From: Leucoraja ocellata
Taxonomy: Eukaryota
Reading direction: 5' to 3'
Assembly: GCA_036785375.1 (NCBI GenBank)
Contig: JAWMAR010000120.1
Location: forward strand, 5,146,001 to 5,210,000
DNA: 64,000 nucleotides
The notes beneath the pieces were generated by a model that saw nothing but the letters and a program-made list of their open reading frames with translations, was not told where the DNA came from and did no database searches. Shown piece after piece: positions 10,000-22,179 of this stretch; the stretch's first letter is position 1; the number at the start of each line of letters is the position of its first letter. The position numbers and the translations under genes are program-made.

Positions 10000-12125
10000 G
10001 GAAATATAAAAAAAATAGAAAGTAATCAAACATGGTAATAGCAGTGCATTAGAGACCATCTGATAATTAAATGGAAATGAAAGAGGAAATAGGTGTTCTG
10101 AGAAAAGGGTATAATATAATAATCACACAATATTATTGGTATAAGTGGAAAGAATAAAATTAATATGGGACTAGATTTTAGCTCAAAATACTGTAGATAC
10201 GTTTCCTTGCTTAGTCAGGATATTACGAGCAAAAAGATGAGTGAACTTGTGATGGGGAAAAGCTTTGTAATATAAATTAAGGTATGTTGCTGAATAAGAG
10301 ACAAAAATAATCACAATTAAATGTTGAAGTTGAAGACTGAAGAAGTCATAAAGAACCTACGTGTGGCAAAGACCAAAGTTATACATTTTGGGAAGGCTAA
10401 GAGTTGTGGACTATTATGAGTGAAATTAGGAAAACTAGAGAAAAAAAATGATTTAAAAAAGTGAACCTTAGTGGAAAACTTTCAAAAAGTGCTCAATAAG
10501 TTCATTAGAATTATATTCTACCACAAAACAAAAACATCTTAGGCCAAAATAATACAAGACGGGTGAATGAAGACATAAGATTAAAACTGAAACTACGGTT
10601 AACAAAGAATACCGGTTTCATTTAAGTCAGTGGACAGGTAAATAAAAAAGAATGCAAAAGAAGATTAAGGAAGAAATTGACACAGTAAATCAAAGAGTAA
10701 GTGGCGGATGAATTGAGAAAGTTTTTTGCATCAGTCTTCACTGAGGAATACACAAATAACATGCAAAGAAATTCAAGAGAGTCAGGTGCCAGACATTTGT
10801 GGAGTTGCTATTAATAAGGATAAGGTGTTTGCGAAGCTGAAAGGTCTGAAGGTGGATGATACCTGGGCCAGATGGACTGCGCCACAGGGCTTTGAAAGAT
10901 GTAACTTTAAGGATTGTGGAGGCAGTAGTAGTGATCTTTCAAGAATCGCTCGAATCAGGATGGTTTTGATAAGGGGAGATCTTGCCTGAGTGCAACACCA
11001 GTGGATGTTGCTTACTTGGATTTTCAGAAGGCCTTTGATAAGGTGTCGCACATAAGGCTGCTACACAAGGTGTGAGCCCATTGAATTAGAAGGAAAATAG
11101 TAGCATCAGTAAAAGATTGACTGAATGGCAGAGGGCAAAGAGTGGGAATAAAGGGGACTTTTTCTGGTTGGCCGCCAGTGACAAGTGGTGTTTAGTTTAG
11201 TTTAGTTTCAAGATACAGCGAGGAAACAGGCCCCTCGGCCCATCGAGTCTGCGCCAACCAGTGATCCCCACACATTACTCTATCCTATACACACTGGCGA
11301 CAATTTACACATACACCAAACCAATGAACCTTCATACATGTACGTCTTTGGAGTGTGGTAGGAAACCAAAGATCTTGGAGACAACTCTGCGCAGCAAGGA
11401 CTGTAAGGCAGCAACTCTACCAAGCCACTCTCACCCTTGCCCTCTTCCTCGCCCACTGTTCCACAGGGGTAGATGTTGAGTCCGCTACCATTAATGAATT
11501 GGATGATGGAATTGATGATTTTGTGGCCATGTTTAAGAATTATACGAAGATAGGTGGAGGGGCAGATACTGTAGAGGAAGCAGGAATTCTGCAGAAGGAC
11601 TTGAACAGGTTGGGAGAGTCGGCAAAGAAATGGCAGATGGAATAAAGTACAGCAAAGTGTGCGGTCTAGTGGGCTCTTTGATAGTAGGAATAAAGGCTTA
11701 GACTATTTTCTAAATGGGGGGAGGATTCAGAAATCGGAGGTGCACAGGGGGAGTGGTGGTTCAGGATTCCCAAAAGGTTAATTTACAGGTTGTGTTGGTA
11801 GTAAGGATGGCAAATGCAATGTTAACATTCATTTTGAGAGGACTTGAATATAAAAGCAGGGATATAATGCTGAGAATTTTATCGTGCACTGGTCAGACTG
11901 TATTTGGAGTATTGGGAGCAGTTTTGGACACCATATCTGAGGAAGGATGCGCTGCAATTGGAGAAGATCCAGAGGAGGTTTAAGAGAATGATCCCAGGGA
12001 TGATTGGGTTAATGTATAAGCATTTGATGGCTCTCCCGCTGGAATTCAGATTGATGAGGAGGGATTGAAACTTCCCAAATAAATAAAAGCCTAAATAAAC
12101 TGGGTGTGGAGAGGATGTTTCTTGG
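10000..12125 (+). mobile_element. Old CR1 LINE ORF2 remnant containing a SINE
   Basis: Relics YLDFQKAFDKV, INELDDGID, LQKDLNRLGESAKKWQME; many indels. Confidence 0.8.
11190..11430 (-). mobile_element. tRNA-derived SINE, internally deleted
   Basis: (TTTAG)n + agatacagcgaggaaacaggccc...gtaaggcagcaactctac. Confidence 0.8.
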
Positions 12126-12202
12126 ACCAGAGACTAACACCTGTCCCTAAATCTCCTCCATTACCCCACTCAGGTACCTTCCAGGTGAGACAGAGGTACA
12201 TG

Positions 12203-12951
12203 CAGGGGCGGAAATCCCAGGGGGACCCACCCCCCCTCTGTTTTGCGAGGTGGGGGACATCACCCCCAATTTTTGTAGTCCCGATTTTAAAACCCAGTGA
12301 GATCTCTGCTTTCCCCGAGGCAGAGGGGGTGGGCCTGCTGATCGAGGGCGCCGATTGGATGAGAGAGACGTCGGTCAGCAGGCAATGGAGGCAGGACATG
12401 ATGATTCAGCGCACTCATTGGAGGAGGGAGGAGTAGGGGGGGTGGGACTGAGGATAGGGCGCGGTGATTAGAGGGAGACGTGCCAAAACACTCTCGGCAC
12501 AGACCTGCGCCTCATCCGCAGCCAGGATCGATCCCGGCTCTCCAGCGATGCCCCGTCCCGACCCGTGCCCCCCCCCTCCCCCCCCACGGGTGGCCAGAGA
12601 CGTTGGAAGTCAGATGGGAGTTGTGCCCCCAGGCCCACAGCCAGCGTAGAGAAACAGCGCTAAACCCAGCTCAACCCAGCCTGCCCCGCCAGGTTAACCG
12701 ACAGCCCTGCCTGGACTTGCGGGAAATACGGCCCTGGCTTACAGTCAGCCTGGAGAAGCAGCGCTGGTGTCCCGTCAGTCCAGGAAGGGTGTAGGTTAAT
12801 CTGGCGATACAGGCAGTTGAGCTGCATTTAGCGCTGGATTGAGCCTCCGAAGCCTCACGTGTGTGTGAGTGCGCATGCGCTCGTGGCCGCCAAGAAATTG
12901 TGTCCGTCCCCCCCTGTCCCCTCCATATTTTGATAGTGATTTCCATGCCTG
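12203..12951. mobile_element. hAT-like non-autonomous DNA transposon (749 bp)
   Basis: TIRs CAGGGGCGGAAATC / GATTTCCATGCCTG; perfect 8-bp TSD ggtacatg at 12195-12202 and 12952-12959; inserted in a small Penelope-like fragment (FQVRQR). Confidence 0.9.
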
Positions 12952-12984
12952 GGTACATGTACAGATTTATAGGCATCCTTGACA

Positions 12985-13290
12985 ATACTTCCAGCCTTTT
13001 TGATGCAATAGCACAAGAGAATATGTAAACATAGTACACTGTAAACAATATAATAAACGAGAAAAAATGTTAATGTTTTTTTGTATGTACACACACACAC
13101 ACACACACACACACAACACCAAACACACAATAATAGGGCCAACACAAATGCCCCTGAGTCTGTGAAGTTCAGAACTTATTTGGAGGTTGGAATGTTTAAT
13201 AGCCTGATGGCTGTAGGCGATTAGCTGTTCCTGAAACTGGAAATTACAGTTTTCAGGCTCCTATATCTTCTTCCCGATGGCAGGAGTGCA
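12985..13290 (-). mobile_element. Rex-Babar LINE 3' remnant with (CA)n
   Basis: Reverse strand reads LLPSGRRYRSLKTVISSFRNS; (CA)n at ~13089-13115. Confidence 0.7.
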
Positions 13291-13756
13291 GCATCTTATT
13301 TTACCACTCTTGTTATGTTTCTTTGCAGCACAGTCTCTGTAATTGTTCATTGTTGCCATCCTGCCTCTTCCAGTTGTTTTCCAACTTTTTTGTTTTGGTT
13401 AGCACCTCAGATGGGTGTTTCCCTGACAGCGGCGGTTTTAGTGAAGAATCTCAGGTCTCAGAAAAGGTTCCTGGAACATTCCTCCAACTACTTTCGGAAG
13501 CTGGGTTTATTTGCAGCTGTCAGCTTGTGCTAATTTTATAGGTTAGACAGTGTAGGGTAATTTACTTTCTGCATTCTTATAACAAAGAACATTGTTCATT
13601 GGCAACACATATCAAAATTTCAGCCAAGTGCTGTTCAGGATTTTATACCCATTTAAATAATTTGTTGGTCGAAGACTGCGTTCAGCAGTTGTAGTAATTG
13701 TAAGCACTCACAGCTGGCAAGCTTTGCTAAAGGAAGCTGAAATTTGGACAATTACG

Positions 13757-14080
13757 TTAGAGTTTAGTTTACTTTTGAGATACAGCATGGAAACAGGCCC
13801 TTCAGCCCTCTGAGTCTGCATCGATCAATGATCACCCATACATTATTTCTATCCTACACACTAGGAACAATTAACAGAATCCAATTAACCTACAAACCTG
13901 CATGTCTTTGGGATGTGGGAGGAAATCGGAGCACCAGGCGGTGAAACCCACATGAGAAATCCCATGCGGTCACAGGGAGAATGGAAAACCTCCATACGGA
14001 CAGCACCAGTAGATTAGATCAAACCCAGCTCTCTGATGCTATAAAGTAGCAACTCTACTGCTGCACCACTGGGCTGCCCT
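13757..14080 (-). mobile_element. tRNA-derived SINE
   Basis: Same family as 3998-4290. Confidence 0.85.
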
Positions 14081-14717
14081 TCTCTACTTCTCTAAGTTAC
14101 TTGTGTCCATCATTCTTATAAATAATTGAGATTCTTAATAAATAGATTTTTTTTCAAATTTGGATGTTAACGTGTTTAATCTCAACCACTCATGAGGTTT
14201 AGAAATTACAGACTGAGAGCAGGTAAATGGTAGATGGATATTTGACAGTCAGCATAGACATGGTGGGCTGAAAGGTCTGTTTCTGTGCTGCACGTCTATG
14301 ACCCTGCAATATGGGCTGCTATGTTTATGCCTTTTAATCAGTTTTACAAATGTCAGCCAGTAACTCACAATAATGGCATGGTGATGCTTTACAAGAAGTG
14401 GGTGATTCATCAGAATTCCAAGGGTTCTTGCACAATTGAATACTACTAGGTTCATCCAAGCTACAGATAGCAACCAGTGTCATCTCCTATGCATATATTA
14501 TCGATTGACCTTACAAAAAATTAAATAATTTAACCTCCCTTCTCTTGCTGCTGTCCAAACTCAACTACATACCAAAAACAGCCAAGCCCTATTCCTCAGT
14601 TACAAGGCTGAAGCGTTGCTGGATAGACTTCAGGATGATGGCTTTCCGAACTAGGAGCTGGCAAATTATCTCGGCATTGGTGTGCTGGGTGAAGGAGCTG
14701 GCTGGAAACATTGTGGC

Positions 14718-15580
14718 AATAGACAATAGACAATAGGTGCAGGAGTAGGCCATTCGGCCCTTCGAGCCACCACCGCCATTCATTGTGATCATGGCCGATC
14801 ATCTCCATTCAGTACCCCGTTCCTGCCTTCTCCCCATATCCCATGACTGCTATCTTTATGAGCCCTATCTAGCTCTCACTTGAAAGTATCCAGAGAACCG
14901 GCCTCCACTGCCCTCTGAGGCAGAGAATTCCACAGACTCACAACTCTCTGTGAGAAAAAAGTGTTTCCTCGTCTCTGTTCTAATTGGCTTACCCCTTATT
15001 CTTAAACTGTGGCCCCTGGTTCTGGACTCCCCCAACATCGGGAACATGTTTCCTGCCTCTAGCGTGTTCAAAACCCTTAATAATCTTATATGTTTCAATA
15101 AGAATCCCTCTCATCCTTCCAAACTCCAGAGTATACAAGCCCAGCCACTCCATTCTCTCAGCATATGACAGTTCCGCCATCCCGGGAGTTAACCTTGTAA
15201 ACCTACGCTGCACTCCCTCAATGGCAAGAATGTCCTTCCTCAAATTAGGGGCCAAAATTGCACACAATACTCCAGGTGTAGTCTCACTAGAATCCTGTAC
15301 AACTGCAGAAGTACCTCTTTGCTCCTATACTCAACTCCTCTTGTTATAAAGGCCAACATGACATTCTTCACTGCCTGCTCTACCTGCATGCTTACTTTCA
15401 TTAACCGATGAACAAGGCACCCAGATCCCATTGTACTTCCCCTTTTCCCAACTTGACACCATTTAGATACTGATCTGCCTTCCTGTTTTTGCTACCAAAG
15501 TGGATAACCTCACATTTATCCACATTAAACTGCATCTGCCCACTCTCACCTAACCTGTCCAGGTCACCCTGCATTCTCAC
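14718..15580 (-). mobile_element. CR1 LINE 3' portion
   Basis: ORFs LVRLHLEYCVQFW and PNLRKDILAIEGVQRRFTRL; (AATAGAC)n tail. Confidence 0.92.
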
Positions 15581-15644
15581 CCTGCACCCTGCACCCTGTC
15601 TGCGTAAATAGGTTCATAAAAACTACAGGATTCTTGCAGACTTT

Positions 15645-15970
15645 AATTCAGTTTAGTTTAGAGATACAGCGCGAAAACAGGCCCTTCATCCCACCGGATC
15701 CGTGCCAACCAGCGATCCCCGCATGTGAACACCATCCTACACACACTACAGACAATTTTTTGATTACATTTACCAAGCTAATTTACCTACAAACCTGTAT
15801 ATCTTTGGAGTGTGGGCGGAAACCAATGATCTCGGAGTAACCCCGCATGGTCACGGGGAGAACGTACAAACTCCGTACAGACAGCACCCATAGTTGGGAT
15901 CGAACCCGGGTCTCCGGTGCTGCAAGCACTGTAAGGCAGCAACTCTACCGTTGCACCACCGTGCTGCCTT
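15645..15970 (-). mobile_element. tRNA-derived SINE
   Basis: B-box gggttcgatccc on the reverse strand, conserved core, CR1-like tail. Confidence 0.88.
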
Positions 15971-16611
15971 TTCTACCCAGGAATGAATAATTTCAAGTGC
16001 TGCGTCTCAAATGCTTTATAACCCACGTAAAGAGTTAAAGAATGCCTGCAAATTCACGGTGAAGGTGACTGTTCCAGTTCTTTCCAAACTGCTGATATCT
16101 CATCGGCAGCAACTCTGAGCAGTAGTCAGCAATGTTCAAAGTCATTTCTCAAGTCACCAGTACTTTGCACAGGAGGAGACCTCTGCAAATCAGGTTCCCA
16201 ATGCCAATAACAAGGGATCAAAAGAGTCAATTTGTGGTATTGCGCAGTATCCTGACATTGATTGACTGTGCCCTTAGAGATAATTTTGGACATGCTGAAA
16301 ACAAGCACATCCACTGTTACAGGAAAGGTTCTTGTACAGGCAGCATGTGTAGCCAAAAATATCTGTGACATTTGTGCCAGCTTTACTAGTAAGAACCATT
16401 TTATAATTCTGCTCCCTCGGAACTGCTGCCTAGCAGTTAACTAGAGAGAAATGTGACCCATAAGCCAGAGTATCTGTATCTCTCCTCAGTCATAAGTATT
16501 TTTCAGGTGCTGTAATCTATGGTTCTAAAATATCAAGACAGAGCTTTGAGAGAAAATATTTTGTAGGTGAGTTACACAACAATTATTTGCCACTTTGATT
16601 ATGTTCAGTTG

Positions 16612-18110
16612 CTTTTGAGTATGTCATTAGAAACGGGAATAGTGCCAGAGGATTGGCGTACTGCGCATGTTGTTCCATTGTTTAAAAAGGGGTCTAAGAG
16701 TACACCTAGCAATTATAGACCTGTTAGTTTGACGTCAGTGGTGGGCAAATTAATGGAAAGGATACTTAGAGATAATATATATAAGCATCTGGATAAACAG
16801 GGTCTGATTAGGAACAGTCAACATGGATTTGTGCCTGGAAGGTCATGTTTGACTAATCTTCTTGAATTTTTTGAAGACGTTACTCGGGGAATTGATGAGG
16901 GTAAAGCAGTGGATGTTGTATATATGGACTTCAGTAAGGCCTTTGATAAGGTTCCTCATGGAAGGTTGGTTAAGAAGGTTCAATGGTTGGGTATTAATGG
17001 TGGAGTAGCAAGATGGATTCAACAGTGGCTGAATGGGAGATGCCAGAGAGTAATGGTGGATGGTTGTTTGTCTGGTTGGAGGCCAGTGACTAGTGGGGTG
17101 CCGCAGGGATCTGTGTTGGGTCCACTGTTGTTTGTCATGTACATCAATGATCTGGATGATGGTGTGGTAAATTGGATTAGTAAGTATGCAGATTATACTA
17201 AGATAGGTGGGGTTGTGGATAATGAAGTAGATTTTCAATGTCTACAGAGAGATTTATGCCAGTTGGAAGAGTGGGCTGAAAGGTGGCAGATGGAGTTTAA
17301 TGCTGATAAGTGTGAGGTGCTACATCTTGGCAGGACAAATCAAAATAGGACGTACATGGTATTTGGTAGGGAATTGAAGAATGCAGGTGAACAGAGGGAT
17401 CTGGGAATAACTGTGCACAGTTCCCTGAAAGTGGAATCTCATGTAGATAGGGTGGTAAAGAAAGCTTTTGGTGTGCTGGCCTTTATAAATCAGAGCATTG
17501 AGTATAGACGTTGGGATTTAATGTTAAAATTGTACAAGGCATTGGTGAGGCCAATTCTGGAGTACGGTGTACAATTTTGATCGCCAAATTATAGGAAGGA
17601 CGTCAACAAAATAGAGAGAGTACAGAGGAGATTTACTAGAATGTTGCCTGGGTTTCAGCAACTAAGTTACAGAGAAAGGTTGAACAAGTTAGGGCTTTAT
17701 TCTTTGGAGCGCAGAAGGTTAAGGGGGGACTTGATAGAGGTCTTTAAAATGATGAGAGGGATAGACAGAGTTGACGTGGATAAGCTTTTCCCACTGAGAG
17801 TAGGGAAGATTCAAACAAGGGGACATGACTTGAGAATTAAGGGACAGAAGTTTAGGGGTAACATGAGGGGGAACTTCTTTACTCAGAGAGTGGTGGCTGT
17901 GTGGAATGAGCTTCCAGTGAAGGTGGTGGGCAGGTTCATTTTTATCATTTAAAAATAAATTGGATAGTTATATGGACGGTAAAGGAATGGAGGGTTATGG
18001 TCTGAGCGCAGGTATATGGGACTAGGGGAGAATACATGTTCGGCACAGACTAGAAGGGTCGAGATGGCCTGTTTCCGTGCTGTAATTGTTATATGGTTAT
18101 ATGGTTATAA
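16612..18110 (+). mobile_element. Young 5'-truncated CR1 LINE with near-intact RT region
   Basis: ORF 16567-17580: NYRPVSLTS, QHGF, YMDFSKAFDKVPH, GVPQGSVLGP, YADY (normally YADD). TGA replaces W at 17578-17580 and the frame continues to ~17930; tail (ATGGTTAT)n. Confidence 0.96.
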
Positions 18111-18409
18111 TAAAACAAACCCTAATGACATTTGAGGTGTACAGAATGAGAACATTCTCACAGATAAATCCAAACTCCACCTTCTTGAGTCACTTTTACC
18201 TTTCTGGCTTCATCAGAGTACAAGGCCTCACAGTTCCATTCTGTAATGCAATGCACACTCGTGGACACTACTACTGCCCAATTTGTTCCAAGATGGCAAC
18301 CCATACGTACATCGATAGAGCTGTTACATCGGTAGAAATGTTAGCACATGCACAGATTATGGCGACCATCTTGAACACAAGGTCAATCAGCGTAAAAAGG
18401 TGATTAGCC

Positions 18410-19250
18410 ATTTGTTGGCTTCATGGGTCCAAGTCCACAGCTCCCTGAAAGTGGCAACACAAATGATAAAGGAGAAATATGGTATGCTTGTCTTCAACGG
18501 TCAGGCATTGAGTATAAGAATCAGGAAGTCATGATGCACCTTTACAGGACTTTGGTTAATTTAACTTAGTTTTGTTTAGTTTAGTTTAGCTTAGTTTATT
18601 GTCACGTGTACAATGTACAGTGGAAAGCTGTTTTTACTTGCTCCACATTCAGCGGAAAGACTATATATGATTACAAATGAGCCATCCACAGTGTACTTAA
18701 TAATACATAATAAAGGGAATAACGTTAGACTGCATTAAAATAATGGCAGCAGTTCTAGTTGCCCCATTATAGGAAGGATGTTGAGGCTTTGGAGAGGATG
18801 CAGAAGAGGTTTACCTGGTGCTGCTTGGATGAGAGGTATTAGTCATAAGGTTGGATGAATTTAGATTGTTTTCTTTGGAGTGCCAGAGGCTGAGGAGAGA
18901 CCTGATAGAAGTTTATAAAATTATGAAAGGCATAGTTAGGGTAGACAGTCATAACCTTTTTCCCATGGTGGAAATATCAAAAACTACAGGGCATAACATT
19001 AAGGCGAGTGGAGCATAGTTTAAAGGATATGTGTGGGTAAGTTTTTTACTCATAGACCAATGGGTGCCAGGAACACGCTGCCAGGCAGGTACAATAGAGG
19101 CATTTAAGAGTCTTTGTGCCCAGGCATATGCAGGAATAGAGGGATATGGATCAGTTATGGGAAGAGGAGATTAGTTTAAAATTATTAGAATCATGTTCGG
19201 CCTGGACATTGTGGTGTAAAGGGCCTGTTCCTGTGCTGTATTGTTCCATT
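18410..19250 (+). mobile_element. Older CR1 3' fragment with a small insertion at ~18560-18725
   Basis: ccacagctccctgaaagtgg, ataggaaggatgttgaggctttggagagg, tail aaagggcctgttcctgtgctgta. Confidence 0.75.
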
Positions 19251-19260
19251 TTAAGCTGTA

Positions 19261-21921
19261 CTAAACTAAGTGGGACTCGTTGGGTCCCTGTCACACTGGA
19301 GGCCTGCTCCTTAATGCAATATTCCACCACTCACCCATTCCCCCAACTCAGACCGTTCCCCTAATGCAATATTCCACCACTCAGAGCCCCCAACTGCGCG
19401 GCTCATTTCCCCTCATCCCTCAGCACTTCCTCCCCCTCCTCTTCATCCTCCCTCTTCTTTCCCCTCTCATCCTCCCCTCCCCAATCCCTCCTCCTCTTCC
19501 TCCCTCTCCTTTTCTCTACCCTCAGTCACACCCTCCCTCCCTCCATAACTTCCCTCCACTCCGTACCCCCCTCCTATCCCTCTATTCCCCACTCATCACC
19601 TCCCCATAATCCCCCCATTATCCCTCATCACCTCTCTGCTGCCCTCCTCCCCCTCTATTCCACACTCCCTACCTCTCCCACTCCTCTCCTTCTATTCTCC
19701 CTCCTCTCCCACTCTCCCTCCTCACCTCAACCACTTTCCCCCCTCTCTGTCCCTACTCCCTCCTCTCCCTCAATCCCCCACACACACTCCTCACGTCCCC
19801 AGTATATCAGGGTGCCATTCCTTTCCCTCCTTGCATGCCCCTTCCTCACCTCTCCCTCCCTCTCCTTTCCCCTACCCTCCCTCCCTCCCTCCCTCCCTCC
19901 CTCCCTTTCTCCCCCCCTCCCCCTCCCTCCATAACTACTCTCTCCCCATCCCTCTATCCCCCCCTTATCTCCCCCACACCTCACATCCCCCTATCCCCCC
20001 ACTATTCCTCGTCACCTACCCCACTGCCCTCCTCTCCCACTACTCCCCACTCACTACCTCCCCACTCTCCCTCCTCATCTCCCCAACTTTCCCCCTCTCC
20101 CTCCCTATCCTCTCCTCTCCCTCAATCCTCCCAAACTCCCTCCTCACCTCCCCAGGTTTTTCCCCGCTCCCTACCTCTCCCCTCTTCTTCCTCTATTCCC
20201 CCTTCTCCCCCACTTTCCCTCCTCACCTCGCCCATTCCCCCCCCCCCCCCTCCCAACCCGCTCTATTCCCCCTTCTCCCCCCACTCTCCCTGCTCATCTC
20301 CCCAGTATCTCGAGGTTGCCGCTCCTTTCCCCGAGAGCAGCTGCAGCTGTGCCCCATGGTGACTCTGGCTGTGGCCTGCGGCAGTTCTGGCCGTGGACAG
20401 CGGAAGCTGTGGCCCACGGCAGCTGTGGCCGTCCTCTCCTGCCGCTTCCGGCCGAATGGCTGTGTGGCTGTGGCCATGCAATGCCGGGCAATGCTGGATG
20501 AGGCGGGCACCACCGGTGAATGACAGGACCGGAGACCAATCTGCGTGCCGGTCACTGACAGGAGAAGAGACCAATCTGCGCATGCGCTGTTTTAAAGATT
20601 TTCAAACCTTAATAACTTTGAAACTATACCATTGATTGGAACAAATCTTGGTGCACTTAAGCACAGGAGAATGGTGAGTAAGGTGGTGAAAAATCGTAGA
20701 GCTATCCTGGACTGTTTACCGTGTACAAAGAGAAAAAAATGCAAACCGGAAGCCAGTGGTGGCCAGTGTGGGGGGGGGGGAGGGCTTTCTGGAGCACTAG
20801 TATGGGTGTTGTGGGCTGAAGGGACTGGCTTCCAGAGGGCTAGTATGGATATTGTGGACCAAATGTGGACTCACGGCTTGTGGGCTGGCAGTTGACACGG
20901 CTCTTCCTTGAAATTCCATTTCAAGCAGGGTGCAAGGCCACCAAATTCAAGTACTGTTTCTTTCCACTTCAAGCAAGGCCACCAAATTCAAGTTCAGTTT
21001 CATACCATATCAAGCAGGATGCAAGGCCACTAAAAACAGCGAGTTGTGACCTCTCCCTCCTCCATCTTGCGGAGACTGAGCCACACGCACACATCTGGGT
21101 TTTATAGTCCCTCTGACCAGAAGGGGCGTGGCCTTCAAGGTGTGATTGACAGGAGAGAGAATCTCAACATTTTTTAAACACTAATAATTATTTTATTTTT
21201 CATCGATGGGAAAAATCCTCGGCATCTGATGAGCGGAGGGGGACAGGAATGGTGCGTAAGATGGCCAAAAATCACAGCCATGCGTGGTAGTGTTTTTTTC
21301 TAAAATCAATACAAAGCGCAAACAGGAAGTGGTCAAGATTAGACTTTTAATCATATAAGGCAACTTTAATTAGGCAAGGCAACTTTAATTAGGCAAGGCA
21401 AATTTAATTCGGCAAGGCAACTTTAATTAGGCAAGGCAACTTTAATTAGGCAACACAGCTTTAGCATTTCCAAACCAAAGGCAACACAGCTTTAGCATTT
21501 CCAAACCAAAGGCAACACTGTTTAAGCATTTCCAAACTATATTTTCAAACCACATTAAGGGCACTGACAGGTCAATAAAACCACTCACAGTTAATAGACA
21601 TGTGTTCAGTGTTATTCACAGCTCAGACTGAGAGATGTGATCCTCTCGCTCCCCCATCTTGCAGAGACTGACTAAGGCACTCAACACTTCCACATTTTAT
21701 AGTTCCTCCGGAAGGGGCGTGGCCTTCAGGAGAGAGAATCTCAACATTTTTTAAACACTAATAACTCTTTTATTTTTAATCGATGGGAGAAATCCTCTTG
21801 TCCTGTGCTGTGGAGGGGAATGAATAAGATGGCCAAAAATCACAGCAATAAGTGGCAGCCTTTTTTCTAAAATCAATATACAGAACAACAGGAAGATCAG
21901 ACTTTTAGGAATATTGATAGA
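19261..21921 (-). mobile_element. Composite non-autonomous Helitron
   Basis: Reverse 3' end gggacccaacgagtcccacttagtTTAG|T; 5' TC..aatattcctaaaa at ~21921. Segment 20750-21921 matches the 53.5-55.4 kb Helitron; 19261-20740 resembles Helitron B. CT-rich tract at 19420-20300; 19-bp tandem repeat at 21355-21450. Confidence 0.75.
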
Positions 21922-22179
21922 TATATGTTCTTTTGAGAGTTCCATGCTTTAGCATCTGGTGTGCTCTCTTAACACATATTCAGCACCAGGAAGGAGACCA
22001 CACCAGTGATGTTTAATAGGAACAACAGCTCCAAATGACGGAGCGGTTTATTGGATTTTACTGGCTATTGCAATGATTTTTGCAAGTATAGTGATTTCTA
22101 GAGTCTTTCAAGTTGTAAAGTGGCAGGATTTGAAGAAGTTTATCCTGATCTTAGGATTCTCATGCAAATAGTGTTAGTA

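Noticed and set aside
16567-17580. 337-aa ORF as a host gene
   Set aside because: CR1 reverse transcriptase; the N-terminus is read in from flanking DNA and the catalytic motif is mutated.
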